The notes under the pieces are model-generated. The model had not been told where the DNA came from, did not search any database, and saw only the letters and a list, made by a program, of their open reading frames with translations. 64,000 nt of DNA from a virus (taxonomy: Duplodnaviria; Caudoviricetes), in IMG/VR virus record IMGVR_UViG_3300020112_000942, positions 32,001 through 96,000 of that record; one strand, given 5' to 3'. Made by a program: the position numbers and the translations under genes. Below are positions 35,691 through 45,091 of this stretch, piece by piece (position 1 is the first letter of the stretch; every line of letters begins with the position of its first letter).

Positions 35691-37553
35691 TTAGGAAACT
35701 CCACCATATTTAGAAAAGTCAATATTATTCATAATAAATTCTTTTCTATACTGAACTTCATCACCCATAAGATGACATAACTGTTCGATACCCTCTTCTG
35801 AGTACACAATCTGGTCAAGTCTCTGACCACCAGTTGTAGAGAACATAGTTGTAGCAATATCAATATTCTCCAACTGACCAAGACCTTTGATTCTCTCAAG
35901 GTGTCCCTTAATTGAACCCTTAGCTTTGGCGGCGATAAGTTCCTCATCAGTGTAGTACCATGATAATGGAGTCATATCCTTATCATATGCAATATGAAGA
36001 GGACAACGTAACCAATATAGTCTATTCTCTCTTAAGAATTGAGGACAGATTCTATGGAGATTTGCCATAATAAGTAAAGCAATATGTCCACCGTCATCAT
36101 CGGCGTCGACACAAATAGCAATACTACCATAACGAAGTTTCTTTGGGTCATAATGGTCAGGGTCAATTCCGAGAGCATAGATAAGAAGTTCAATCTCCTT
36201 ATTAGCAAAATACTCTTCATCGTCCTTTTCCTTAAGACCGTTCTTCATCTTACCTCTAAGTTTCAATACTCCATACTTCTTATAGTCACGACCAATGATA
36301 ATTGATTCACCCGCAGAATCACCCTCTACGATACAAAGAACAGAGTTTTCACCCAATACATCTGCGTCTTTTAACTTGTCGATGAAAGCAACTTTCTGCT
36401 TTCTTAGGTCATTCATCTTCTTTGTTCTATTAAGAGCAGCCTCTCTTGCTTTATCAGCAGCCTTCTCTGCAGCGGCGAACTTGTTCATCATTTCAATGAT
36501 TGGAGTAAAGTCTGGTGAATTAGCAAATTCCTCAAGACCTTCCTTAAATGCGGCAGATGCAAGTGTTCTTAAATTTGGGTTGTTAATCTTTGATTTTGTC
36601 TGGTTTGCAAAAGAAGGATTTGCAACCTTACAGTTAATTGCATATACTAATCCCTTACGGATAAGCTCTGGGTCAAAGTCCTTACCAGACAAACGCTTAA
36701 TTGAAGTGGTAATAGTTGTCTTCGCACCTGTTACTGGTGTACCGCCCTCTGGACAGAATAAACCATTAACAAATACATAAGACTGACCAGGGTCACCAGT
36801 CCACATAAAAGCAACTTCAATTTCATCAACACCATCTGTTTTAGAAATAATAATTGGAGCCTTCATAAGAGGTCTTTTGATATTGTCTTCAATGAAGTCT
36901 GCAATACCATTTTCAGAATAAAATTCTTTAGACTGTCCGCCCTTTTCGCTCACAACAAATTTAATACCCTTGTTAAGATAAGAAATATTCTTAATCTCTG
37001 AACAGATTCTGTCATAAGAGAAACACTTCTCTGCATTGACAAAAACCTCTTCATCAGGTCTGAAGACAATTTTAGTACCGTTTGGCTCCTTTGTCTTTGA
37101 TTCATTGTAGCTTTTCAAATTACCCTGCCAAAATTCAGCACGAGCCATTGTACCATCTCTGTAACTTTCAACAACAAAAGAAACAGAAGACATACATACG
37201 GCTGTACCACCAATACCATTAAGACCAGAACTGTTCTTATAAGCATTTTTATCAAACTTACCACCAGTATGGCTTTCAGTATAAATGGCTACAAGAATGT
37301 TCTTTCCATCCTTTACGCCGAATGGAACACCACGTCCATAGTCTCTTACCGTGACAGTAGTATTATCTTCTACGGTAATCTCAATCTTATTACCATAACC
37401 AGCAAGAGCCTCGTCAGTGGAGTTATTGATGATTTCTTTCAAAGCTTGATAGATACCCTCGGTATCATCAGAGCCGAGATACATCTGGATACGAGTACGC
37501 ATAGCTTCTCGTGTTTCCAAATGTTCGATATTTTCAATACCGTAGTTGCCCAT
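35691..37553 (-). CDS. gyrB: Type IIA topoisomerase (gyrase) subunit B
   Basis: EIINNSTDE, DYGRGVP, HTGGKF, SSGLNGIG, VEGDSA, LRGK, DADDDG, IKGLG. Confidence 0.93.
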   Translation of the reverse strand: MGNYGIENIEHLETREAMRTRIQMYLGSDDTEGIYQALKEIINNSTDEALAGYGNKIEITVEDNTTVTVRDYGRGVPFGVKDGKNILVAIYTESHTGGKFDKNAYKNSSGLNGIGGTAVCMSSVSFVVESYRDGTMARAEFWQGNLKSYNESKTKEPNGTKIVFRPDEEVFVNAEKCFSYDRICSEIKNISYLNKGIKFVVSEKGGQSKEFYSENGIADFIEDNIKRPLMKAPIIISKTDGVDEIEVAFMWTGDPGQSYVFVNGLFCPEGGTPVTGAKTTITTSIKRLSGKDFDPELIRKGLVYAINCKVANPSFANQTKSKINNPNLRTLASAAFKEGLEEFANSPDFTPIIEMMNKFAAAEKAADKAREAALNRTKKMNDLRKQKVAFIDKLKDADVLGENSVLCIVEGDSAGESIIIGRDYKKYGVLKLRGKMKNGLKEKDDEEYFANKEIELLIYALGIDPDHYDPKKLRYGSIAICVDADDDGGHIALLIMANLHRICPQFLRENRLYWLRCPLHIAYDKDMTPLSWYYTDEELIAAKAKGSIKGHLERIKGLGQLENIDIATTMFSTTGGQRLDQIVYSEEGIEQLCHLMGDEVQYRKEFIMNNIDFSKYGGVS

Positions 37554-37585
37554 CGTATCACTCCTTTTCTTGATTTTCTATAATT

Positions 37586-37614
37586 AGTATAACACAAAAT
37601 AAAAAGAAAGTCAA
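37586..37614 (-). promoter_or_regulatory. sigmaA promoter of gyrB overlapping a terminator hairpin
   Basis: TTGACT-17-TATACT; the -35 is the 3' arm of AAGAAAGTCA...TGACTTTCTT. Confidence 0.8.
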
Positions 37615-37639
37615 GAAATTAATCCTGACTTTCTTCCTT

Positions 37640-37879
37640 TTAATCGCCAAATCCACCAGAAAGCATATCATCTTCCTCTCGACTTAGCTCATCAATAGCA
37701 TTTTGAATCGCCTTTTTATATGGCGGCATAGGATTATAGTATTCATTGCAACAATTTACTTGTCGCTGATTTGGCGTACCAAGGCAAAGTTCGCAATTTC
37801 CGCAACCTTCCGCTCCACCATTTGACTGAGCAAGGGCACAGGTCTTGCAAATACAAAAATTACATTTTGAAGCACCCAT
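37640..37879 (-). CDS. Cys-rich small protein (possible metal/Fe-S binder)
   Basis: CxxCxCxxC, CxxCxxC and CC; TAATG-coupled to the FTR gene. Confidence 0.55.
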   Translation of the reverse strand: MGASKCNFCICKTCALAQSNGGAEGCGNCELCLGTPNQRQVNCCNEYYNPMPPYKKAIQNAIDELSREEDDMLSGGFGD

Positions 37880-38106
37880 TACATTTCCTCCTTTACATAG
37901 AGGCCGCAATGACAAGTCTCTCCCACTTGCACCTCTTCACGAAACGCCTTGCAAGGACAAATAAAATCTTCGTGATTTTCTGCTGAATAGAAACCACAAG
38001 GAACACAAGGACAATACCTTTCTCCATATAGTTTTTTATTCTTTGCAAGTTTATCCTTGATTTCTCCAACAAGAACAATATCTTCTTTACTAACTGTAAA
38101 CTTCAA
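37879..38106 (-). CDS. Ferredoxin-thioredoxin reductase catalytic-subunit-like protein
   Basis: Signature YCPC...ICPC...CHCGLY; start approximate (TTG after GAGGTG). Confidence 0.85.
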   Translation of the reverse strand: MKFTVSKEDIVLVGEIKDKLAKNKKLYGERYCPCVPCGFYSAENHEDFICPCKAFREEVQVGETCHCGLYVKEEM

Positions 38107-38611
38107 TTCCAAGCACCTCTTCAATATTTTTAGCATATTGATTATCCGAAGCTAATCTTATACCAAGTAAATCATCATATCTTCCTTCATTATCTGGGAT
38201 AAATCTACCAAATTTGATAATAATATTGGCAAAACTATGACCATGAATATACAGCTCTCTATACTTGCAACGGTCAATCTCTGACTCATTATATCCAGTA
38301 TAGATAACTAAATCAACATTTTTAAGTTGCCACGCTTTTGAATCTTGAACGAACTTCATCAAATCATAGAAATCATCAAAAGGTTCAAGACCTCCAATAA
38401 CAATTGCTTTTATTACTGGATTGTCGGCTACTGTTTGCAATATATTTTTATTATCAAAATCAATAGTAGGTGAGGCGGCGAGCGGTGAATTTTGACACAC
38501 CGCTCTACCACACTCTTTATCACATTTGAAACTACAAGTATGTGTACCGATAAATACACACGGAGTCTTATAGTTTACCAAATCCAAAAAGTTTATGTCT
38601 TTTACTTTCAT
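38087..38611 (-). CDS. nrdG: Anaerobic RNR activase (radical SAM)
   Basis: CSFKCDKEC, GGLEPF, IYTGY, LASDNQ; ends TAG-TAA. Confidence 0.85.
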
Positions 38612-40557
38612 TTACTCTCCAATTTGTTAATGCTTGCCCAACGTCTCATACTGTATTCTGCTTTTCTTGGCTTAGACCAAGTTGTAATCTTTGTCATAAA
38701 TCCAACAACACGAGTATACTCACCAGACATTGGCTTACCGCAATGAGGACAAGTTGTACCATAGAATGCATGGTTATCCTCACAACACTGAATCTTTGTA
38801 TTAAATGCAAAATATGTTACGCCCTTATCAGCTACATATTCTGTCATTGAACGAGCCTTCTCATAAGAGTCAAATGGAGCATCAATGTTCGCATGAAGAA
38901 TTGAACCGCCGTTACAGAATCCATCAAACATAGCCTGAACTCTTACTCTCTCTTCAAGTGTAGCCTGAATACCAAGTGGCATAAACTGATTACCATAAAG
39001 AGGAAGGTCGTAAATCTTAGCTGTAGGATAGAAGAATCTGTCTTTCCTCATAAGTTTTGCGGCAGCATTTTCGCCAGGAATCTGCTCTGTGTTTATCTTA
39101 TAATCGCATTCGTTCTCTTCGATAAACTTATCTGCCACTTCACGAATTGTCTTGAAGATTCTTTCACCAAACTCGGCAGCCTCCTGTGTGTAGAATGTAT
39201 TGCCGAGCTTATCCTGATATGTACAACCGAATTTCTTCATTGTCTCATAAATGCCGATAAATCCAACTGTGTTATAAAGATGCTCAAAGTCAATAAGTCC
39301 ATAAGAGAAGTTTGGAAGAAGTCCTTTCTCAACATTTCTCTTGATGATATGACGAACAACATGGAGAGCACGAATAGCACAAAGAGTTCTTTCTTCCAGC
39401 TCTTTGATATACTCATCCTTTGTATTTGTATCAAGGGCAAGTCTTGCAAGATTAATTGTATTAACCTTTACAGAACCAACCTTGAGTGCAGTACCACCAA
39501 TAGAATTGAAATATCCGAGGTCACGAATATCACTCTTAAGGCGGCAACAATTGGAAAGGCTTGATACATTATCGTCAATAAACATATTACTGTCAGACCA
39601 AATCATATTGTGTCTGATTGCCCATTCAGCAAACTCTTCATCAAGGAACTTACCATCCTTACGAACAAGGGAAATGGTAGAAACAGGGAAAGTAAACATA
39701 TTTTCCTTTCTTACCTCTGCCATTTCTTCCATATAGAGTTTCTGGAAAGCAACAATTCCTTCAATATGGTCAACCATAAATTCACCATTAGGGAACTCTG
39801 CTCCGCCGAATAACGCCATAAGATATTCACGGTCAAATACAGAAGTATTTGTAAATGCAGACTGCTGTCCATCACGAACGCAAGGCTGATTTACCGCATA
39901 TATGAATCTCTGAACCTGCTGTCTTGAAAGAGTTTCAAAATCTGTCATACCGAGATACTTATTCTCAATATCCTTCTTACAGAAGTAATATAAATAAGGA
40001 ATAAGATTTGGTAATCCAACAGCACCAGAAGTTCTGTTACTTGCAAAATTGATATACTCCTTTACAAAATCAACAAAAGTCTCAGCGTGTTTTGGTGGCT
40101 TAGCATTGAAAGAATCACCGAGGAAGTATAGACCTCTTTCTGCAACGTCCTTTAAATCATAAGCGAAACAGTATGATTTGAATGTTGATGTGTCTGCGTC
40201 GTGAAGATACAGCTCTCCTACCCATTCACGTCTTAACCAGTCGTTGGCAGCGGAAAATCCATAAGCCTCCTGAAATTCCTGATAAATCTTATTGAAAGCA
40301 ATAAGTTTTCTGTGTGGCTTAGGCATTTCTGTAAGTAAAGTTACAATATCGCTACGACCAACATTACTGTTTGGGTCAATACTTGCATCAGCAACAACCT
40401 TGGTATCAACGAAATTATCCAAAAATTCAAGATGATTAAGTTGCTCATCTGCAAAACCGTTTAACTTGGCAAGCTCAGTACCATACTCATTCTGCATTTG
40501 GTTGTATCGAGTGGTAAAGTTCTTTCCGCATTTGATGTTAATTAGCATTTTGTTCAC
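38608..40557 (-). CDS. nrdD: Class III anaerobic ribonucleotide reductase
   Basis: LYLHD, YC, FTFPV, SNCCRL, EQIPGE, CPHCG and glycyl-radical loop TRVVGF. Confidence 0.93.
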   Translation of the reverse strand: MNKMLINIKCGKNFTTRYNQMQNEYGTELAKLNGFADEQLNHLEFLDNFVDTKVVADASIDPNSNVGRSDIVTLLTEMPKPHRKLIAFNKIYQEFQEAYGFSAANDWLRREWVGELYLHDADTSTFKSYCFAYDLKDVAERGLYFLGDSFNAKPPKHAETFVDFVKEYINFASNRTSGAVGLPNLIPYLYYFCKKDIENKYLGMTDFETLSRQQVQRFIYAVNQPCVRDGQQSAFTNTSVFDREYLMALFGGAEFPNGEFMVDHIEGIVAFQKLYMEEMAEVRKENMFTFPVSTISLVRKDGKFLDEEFAEWAIRHNMIWSDSNMFIDDNVSSLSNCCRLKSDIRDLGYFNSIGGTALKVGSVKVNTINLARLALDTNTKDEYIKELEERTLCAIRALHVVRHIIKRNVEKGLLPNFSYGLIDFEHLYNTVGFIGIYETMKKFGCTYQDKLGNTFYTQEAAEFGERIFKTIREVADKFIEENECDYKINTEQIPGENAAAKLMRKDRFFYPTAKIYDLPLYGNQFMPLGIQATLEERVRVQAMFDGFCNGGSILHANIDAPFDSYEKARSMTEYVADKGVTYFAFNTKIQCCEDNHAFYGTTCPHCGKPMSGEYTRVVGFMTKITTWSKPRKAEYSMRRWASINKLESK

Positions 40558-40756
40558 CTACCCATTTAATTGCATCGGCAAATTCAAAAGCGCCATGGTC
40601 TGTTACAAGAATCGGAACAGTTGTGTATCCCCATGCAGTACAGAACTCCATAATCTCTTGATTGTCGTCGCATAATTCATACTCAATTCCTGCGGCGTCA
40701 AGTTTCTTTTTCAAAACTTCACACTTAGGACAGTGAGTGGTATAAAGTTTAACCAT
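40538..40756 (-). CDS. NrdH/glutaredoxin-like redoxin
   Basis: CPKC and TVP motifs. Confidence 0.85.
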   Translation of the reverse strand: MVKLYTTHCPKCEVLKKKLDAAGIEYELCDDNQEIMEFCTAWGYTTVPILVTDHGAFEFADAIKWVGEQNAN

Positions 40757-40790
40757 AATCCTTCAACTCCTTTTTATTTTCTATAATATA

Positions 40791-40819
40791 ATTATACCAC
40801 GAAGTATAATTAAAGTCAA
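40791..40819 (-). promoter_or_regulatory. sigmaA promoter of the RNR operon
   Basis: TTGACT-17-TATAAT. Confidence 0.85.
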
Positions 40820-40826
40820 GATTTTG

Positions 40827-40862
40827 TATAGATAAAGTAAAAATCAGATGGTTTTCCTCTAA
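40827..40862 (-). promoter_or_regulatory. Candidate phage-specific bipartite promoter, copy 2
   Basis: TTAGA-N19-ACTTTATCTATA, 7 bp upstream of the sigmaA -35. Confidence 0.4.
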
Positions 40863-40903
40863 CGTTTTTGCGTCATTTTATGAAAATCATCTGATTTTTT
40901 GTT

Positions 40904-41428
40904 TTAATATAAACTTGTTTCTTTTGTTTCGTTTGCAGTCTCTTTACCCCAAACTGCAAGCTGGTCTACCATCTCATTGTACTTGTTGCCAGAGTGACCC
41001 TTTACCTTAACAAATTCGAGAACAGAGAAAGAGTTCTTGATATTCTTGAGCATATTCCAAGTCTCTTTGATAATTTCAAGGTTCTCAATCTTCTCGTGTT
41101 TCTTTCCTCTTGTCCAGCCGTTACGCTCCCAACCAGCAGCCCACTGTGTGTAAATGTTAAGTGCATAAGCAGAGTCGGTGTAAATAGTGCAGAGTCCTTC
41201 TTTGTCTTTTGTGGATTCAACGAAATTACGGACGGCGGCGTATATTGCATAAAGTTCCATAGCGTTATTTGTAGTCTCTGGAGAGCCACCATTTCTTGAT
41301 TCAACCTGCTCGCCATCAACCAACTTGATATAACCCCAGCCGCCTGCAACACGCACATACTCACCATCAATCTTCTTCATGGTTGCGGCACCATCTGTGT
41401 AGTATTCAAAGTTTGTATAATTTCCCAT
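40904..41428 (-). CDS. rnhA: Ribonuclease HI
   Basis: YTDGA, TTNNAMEL, YTDSAY, KVKGHSG..NEMVDQLA. Confidence 0.93.
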   Translation of the reverse strand: MGNYTNFEYYTDGAATMKKIDGEYVRVAGGWGYIKLVDGEQVESRNGGSPETTNNAMELYAIYAAVRNFVESTKDKEGLCTIYTDSAYALNIYTQWAAGWERNGWTRGKKHEKIENLEIIKETWNMLKNIKNSFSVLEFVKVKGHSGNKYNEMVDQLAVWGKETANETKETSLY

Positions 41429-41459
41429 AGAAATTCCTCCTTATCTTTAATGTAATTAT

Positions 41460-41488
41460 ATTATATCACAATAAAAATAAAAAGTCAA
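41460..41488 (-). promoter_or_regulatory. sigmaA promoter
   Basis: TTGACT-17-TATAAT. Confidence 0.85.
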
Positions 41489-41523
41489 ATAATTAAAGGG
41501 CAGATTGCTCTGCCCCTCAATTG

Positions 41524-41964
41524 TTATTCAGCTTCCCAAGTCATCATTTCATCATACAATTCATGCACATATGAGTTACCGCCAAGCTCCTCGTAAGCGG
41601 CAAACAAGAAACAAATGTCTTGCTTTACATTATGAGGGAATTTCTTTTCCCTACAATACTTATAATATACTTCTGTAATAGAATGTCGTATTGAAACTTC
41701 TTGGTTCTTTTGTGTTTTAACTAACATATCATTAAGTCCTTGATTGTCAGCATTGACTTTTTCAAAGCCTTTATCAACTTTTTCAACCAAAGATATTAAC
41801 GAATTTTTGAACTCCTCTTTCTACTGGTCTACCTCTTCTTTCAATCTTAAATCACTCTCATCCGGCTCTTTTTTCGCTTTAATAACATCAACAATAACCT
41901 TACCTAAAACACCTATTAAACCACCGACACCAGCAAAAACAGCAGCGATTAATGCTTCACTCAT
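41524..41964 (-). CDS. Holin-like membrane protein (one TAG)
   Basis: N-terminal TM segment, coiled coil and C-terminal Y..LGGNSYV motif; two track ORFs join through TAG 41821. Confidence 0.6.
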
Positions 41965-41968
41965 TAGT

Positions 41969-42361
41969 TCACCCCCTTTTGAGTAGGTCTGTATGGAACT
42001 TATTAGTGACACGATACTTAGGCTCAGTTAGGATTTTCTATAAAGTAAGATTATCATAATCCCAATAAGGGATGCGGATAAGAGGGATGCCTTTTCTTAA
42101 ACAGTAGGCATTCTTTCTTCTGTCCCATTCTTGTGTCTGCTTAAATTCCATTATTGTTTTTTGGAAATGGGGAACACGATGGAAATGTTGCTCTCCATCG
42201 TATTCAATTAAACAAACCAACTTCCCATTTTTATAAATAGCAAAATCGAATCGTAACAGATTGCCACGAAGACTTTTGAGGTCAGGAAAGCTTACCTCTC
42301 GTTTGAAGTAAATGTGACCAGCTCGGAGAAGTTTTTCCACCTTTTCTTCTCCTTTCGACAT
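41969..42361 (-). CDS. PD-(D/E)xK-type endonuclease-like protein (one TAG)
   Basis: RFDFAI...IEYDGEQH...K..YC..LIRIPYW; TAG 42038 reads on to TGA 41969. Confidence 0.7.
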
Positions 42362-43362
42362 TACATATCGCCTCTTCTCTTTGGCGGCAATGTCTTTCTC
42401 ATCGGCTGTGGAGGGATATAAGGTTTAATGCACTTATCTTTTTCGCCAAAGAATAGTGGTGCATATGGCACCTCGCCCTTTTCAATATGATAAGTAGCGA
42501 TATGATATAATGCCCTTCCACAATCATCAATTGGAATACCATATGGATACTTCTTAACCATAGCCTTTACAGCATCTTCATAAGAAGTTTTATTCCATTC
42601 GTACATATCACAATTAAGCATTGAAGAGAAATGAGTTGTATTGATAATATCTCTTCGTGGTGGTGGAGGCGGCATTTGAGCGTTAACAATTAGCTCTCTC
42701 CATTCAATAAGACCGAGTTGCATCTCTTCAAGAGTTTTCTCGTTCAATTCATACTCAACACCATAGAAGGCTTCGGCACAACGTTTTAGGTCATAAAGTT
42801 CAGTATCCTTATTATAGACAAGTTGAATAAGAATATAATTCTTCTTTACCATATAAACGACATTAACATAGTTAATACCATTAAATTTGGCAAGGAACAA
42901 ATGACCACGATGGTCTTCGTTATTAAACTTGGCATGATGTGGAAAATACTTATCTTGATTTACCAAAGGAAAACCTACGAAGTCTGGAATGATAATATAC
43001 TTATCTGTCAACTCGTAGTCCTGTTGTGGAGCGCCAAGACAATTCTGGATTAACTTGATGGTCTTCAAGTAATCTTTCTTGTATCCGCACATTTCGAAGT
43101 GTTTGCAGGTGAAACAGCGAGGTTGTACCTGCGTATGCTCCGGAGGAAGATGTGGAGGCAATGGTTCAAGAATCGGTCTCTATGGGTGATGTGGCATCGG
43201 CATTTTAGGGAATATTGGTTCCTGTGTATGCGGAGGAGCTGGAACTGGACCCAATGCCGGAGTTACCTTAATCTCTGTATGTGGCTGTTCACACATGGGT
43301 GGAGTAGGTACTGGGCCATCATACTCTGGATATGGGTAATCATAGTAATTCATTCTTTTCAC
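42361..43362 (-). CDS. Pro-rich hypothetical protein (333 aa, one TAG)
   Basis: Track ORFs 43180-43362 and 42361-43161 are in frame across TAG 43180; RBS GAGGTG. Confidence 0.7.
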
Positions 43363-43404
43363 CTCACTATAAAAAAATGAGGTAGAAAAACAATTCTACC
43401 TCTA

Positions 43405-43440
43405 CTATAATAATGTGAAAATTGTGCTATTTTTATCTAA
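43405..43440 (-). promoter_or_regulatory. Candidate phage-specific bipartite promoter, copy 3
   Basis: TTAGA-N19-ACATTATTATAG, followed by hairpin GAGGTAGAA..TTCTACCTC; no sigmaA promoter at this position. Confidence 0.55.
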
Positions 43441-43444
43441 TGAA

Positions 43445-44575
43445 TTACTTAGTGATTTGGTCGAAAGAGCAGTCTTCTGGAGCCTTGTCACTTCTCCAGT
43501 TCTCAATCCTACAGTGACGGAAACTGTAGTGACCATCAATATGCTCAAGCTCCATAGCATTGAGTTCAACAACTCTGTTAACCCACTTCTCAGGATTCTT
43601 AATGATACCTTCCTTAACTTCGTTAGGTACATTAGAAATCCAACCAATACAGTAAGGCTTTCCATCTTTCATAACAGAAAGGGAAATAGAACTTGCCCAG
43701 CCGAAGAAGTAAGGTTCTTTAACAGGTTCAACTGGTACTCCGTTTGTGTAGTCAGCGAACTGACAAGTATTGTACTTCTGTCCAGTCTTTGTGTTCTCCC
43801 AGTAAGGCCATGTTTCGATTTTCTTACCCGTATAAAGTCTGTTTGCAAGTTTGTAATCGCCATCAAGAAAAGCGTCAACAGTATCTCCGAGTTCCTTCTT
43901 CATCTTAAGAGTCATCCAAGCAGTACGCTTACCACAAAGATACTTGCAATCCTTTCTTGTGATAACAATACCTTCTCCGCCTGCGGCAAGAGTCTCTGCG
44001 AGCTTATCCCAGAGTTCTGTTCCTTCGTAGTACTGTGCAATGTCAATATGCTCAAGGTCTTTAAGAACATCAAGCAGCTCATAGTTAAGATAGTGATTGA
44101 TACGCTCTTCAAAGCCAGTGTTGATAAGTGATTTACCTCCGTAGGCAACTACATCAAAAATGTAATAATGAAGCCATTCGCCCTTCTTCTGTCTGTCGAT
44201 GCACTTGTCTTTAAGACAGTTGAGAACAGAAGTAATCTTTCTGCTACCTTCGTTATTAGGGAAATAAATTTCACCTACAAATACAGTACCATTTGGAACG
44301 TCATCAAGTTCCTTGCAGATATGAGGAATCCACTCTGCCTTATCAACAAATCCGCCATTTACACCAGCCTTACGACTTCTAAGGTGATAGTTACCTTCCA
44401 TATCTTTAATAAGAAGATTCCAAGCACCGTCCATCTTTCTGCTACCCATATAGTTGTTAGAAAGACAGAGTTCTCTTGCCTTAGCCTGCTTGTCGCCTTT
44501 GAATGCAGATGTAAAAGAGTAGTAATTCATTGCATCCATATTCCAAAAATCAAATCCATCAATAATATATTCCAT
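43445..44575 (-). CDS. ATP-dependent DNA ligase
   Basis: KMDG adenylation motif, FVGEIY, YIFD, EGIV, LKMK, SFRH...RSDK. Confidence 0.88.
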   Translation of the reverse strand: MEYIIDGFDFWNMDAMNYYSFTSAFKGDKQAKARELCLSNNYMGSRKMDGAWNLLIKDMEGNYHLRSRKAGVNGGFVDKAEWIPHICKELDDVPNGTVFVGEIYFPNNEGSRKITSVLNCLKDKCIDRQKKGEWLHYYIFDVVAYGGKSLINTGFEERINHYLNYELLDVLKDLEHIDIAQYYEGTELWDKLAETLAAGGEGIVITRKDCKYLCGKRTAWMTLKMKKELGDTVDAFLDGDYKLANRLYTGKKIETWPYWENTKTGQKYNTCQFADYTNGVPVEPVKEPYFFGWASSISLSVMKDGKPYCIGWISNVPNEVKEGIIKNPEKWVNRVVELNAMELEHIDGHYSFRHCRIENWRSDKAPEDCSFDQITK

Positions 44576-44580
44576 ATTAT

Positions 44581-44637
44581 TTCCTCCGTTTCATTTAATC
44601 TATATATAGTATATCATAAAATTTTATAAAAGTCAAG
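44581..44637. repeat. 57-bp direct repeat copy A (promoter plus RBS of the ligase gene)
   Basis: 55/57 identical to 44814-44870; contains TTGACT-17-TATACT on the minus strand. Confidence 0.9.
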
Positions 44638-44641
44638 TTTT

Positions 44642-44806
44642 TTATTCATTAACACATTTTCCTGTTATGTAATCAATATGACATCCGTTCTTTGCTTTAT
44701 ACTGGCATCTTTTGCAATACATATCATCGCAATGTATTTTCCAATATTTACCAAAATTATGCTATTTTAGCCATCTCATATAAAGTCTTTTTATATACTC
44801 AATCAT
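44642..44806 (-). CDS. Small Cys/His-rich protein (54 aa, one TAG) between the repeats
   Basis: RBS GGAGG; MIEYIKRLYMRWLK*HNFGKYWKIHCDDMYCKRCQ...; stop TAA. Confidence 0.55.
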
Positions 44807-44813
44807 TTATTGT

Positions 44814-44870
44814 TTCCTCCATTTCATTTAATCTATATATAGTATATCATAAAATTTTATAAAAGTAAAG
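44814..44870. repeat. 57-bp direct repeat copy B (-35 altered to TTTACT)
   Basis: See copy A. Confidence 0.9.
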
Positions 44871-44881
44871 ACTTTAACTGA

Positions 44882-45088
44882 TTACCACTCACTGTAATGC
44901 TCATAAGTAACGATTCGTGTGTCACAATCTGGACATGTGACGATAATTGATTCCTTCCACAAATTATATCCAATTCTGTTGCTCTCACGCTTTACATCTG
45001 TTTTAGTGTTGTATTCAAATTCACAACAACACTTAGGACACTTTATAGTTGCAAAAGCAGTTCCCGTACCGTGTTTAATTACTCTCAT
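44882..45088 (-). CDS. Zn-ribbon small protein
   Basis: CPKC...CPDC. Confidence 0.65.
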   Translation of the reverse strand: MRVIKHGTGTAFATIKCPKCCCEFEYNTKTDVKRESNRIGYNLWKESIIVTCPDCDTRIVTYEHYSEW

Positions 45089-45091
45089 ATC

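Noticed and set aside
18197-40557. Introns or inteins in dnaE, helicase, gyrase or nrdD
   Set aside because: ORFs are continuous and of ordinary length, with no intein termini or homing endonuclease motifs seen.
43415-44629. Plus-strand ORFs of 238 and 153 aa
   Set aside because: Antisense shadows of the ligase gene.
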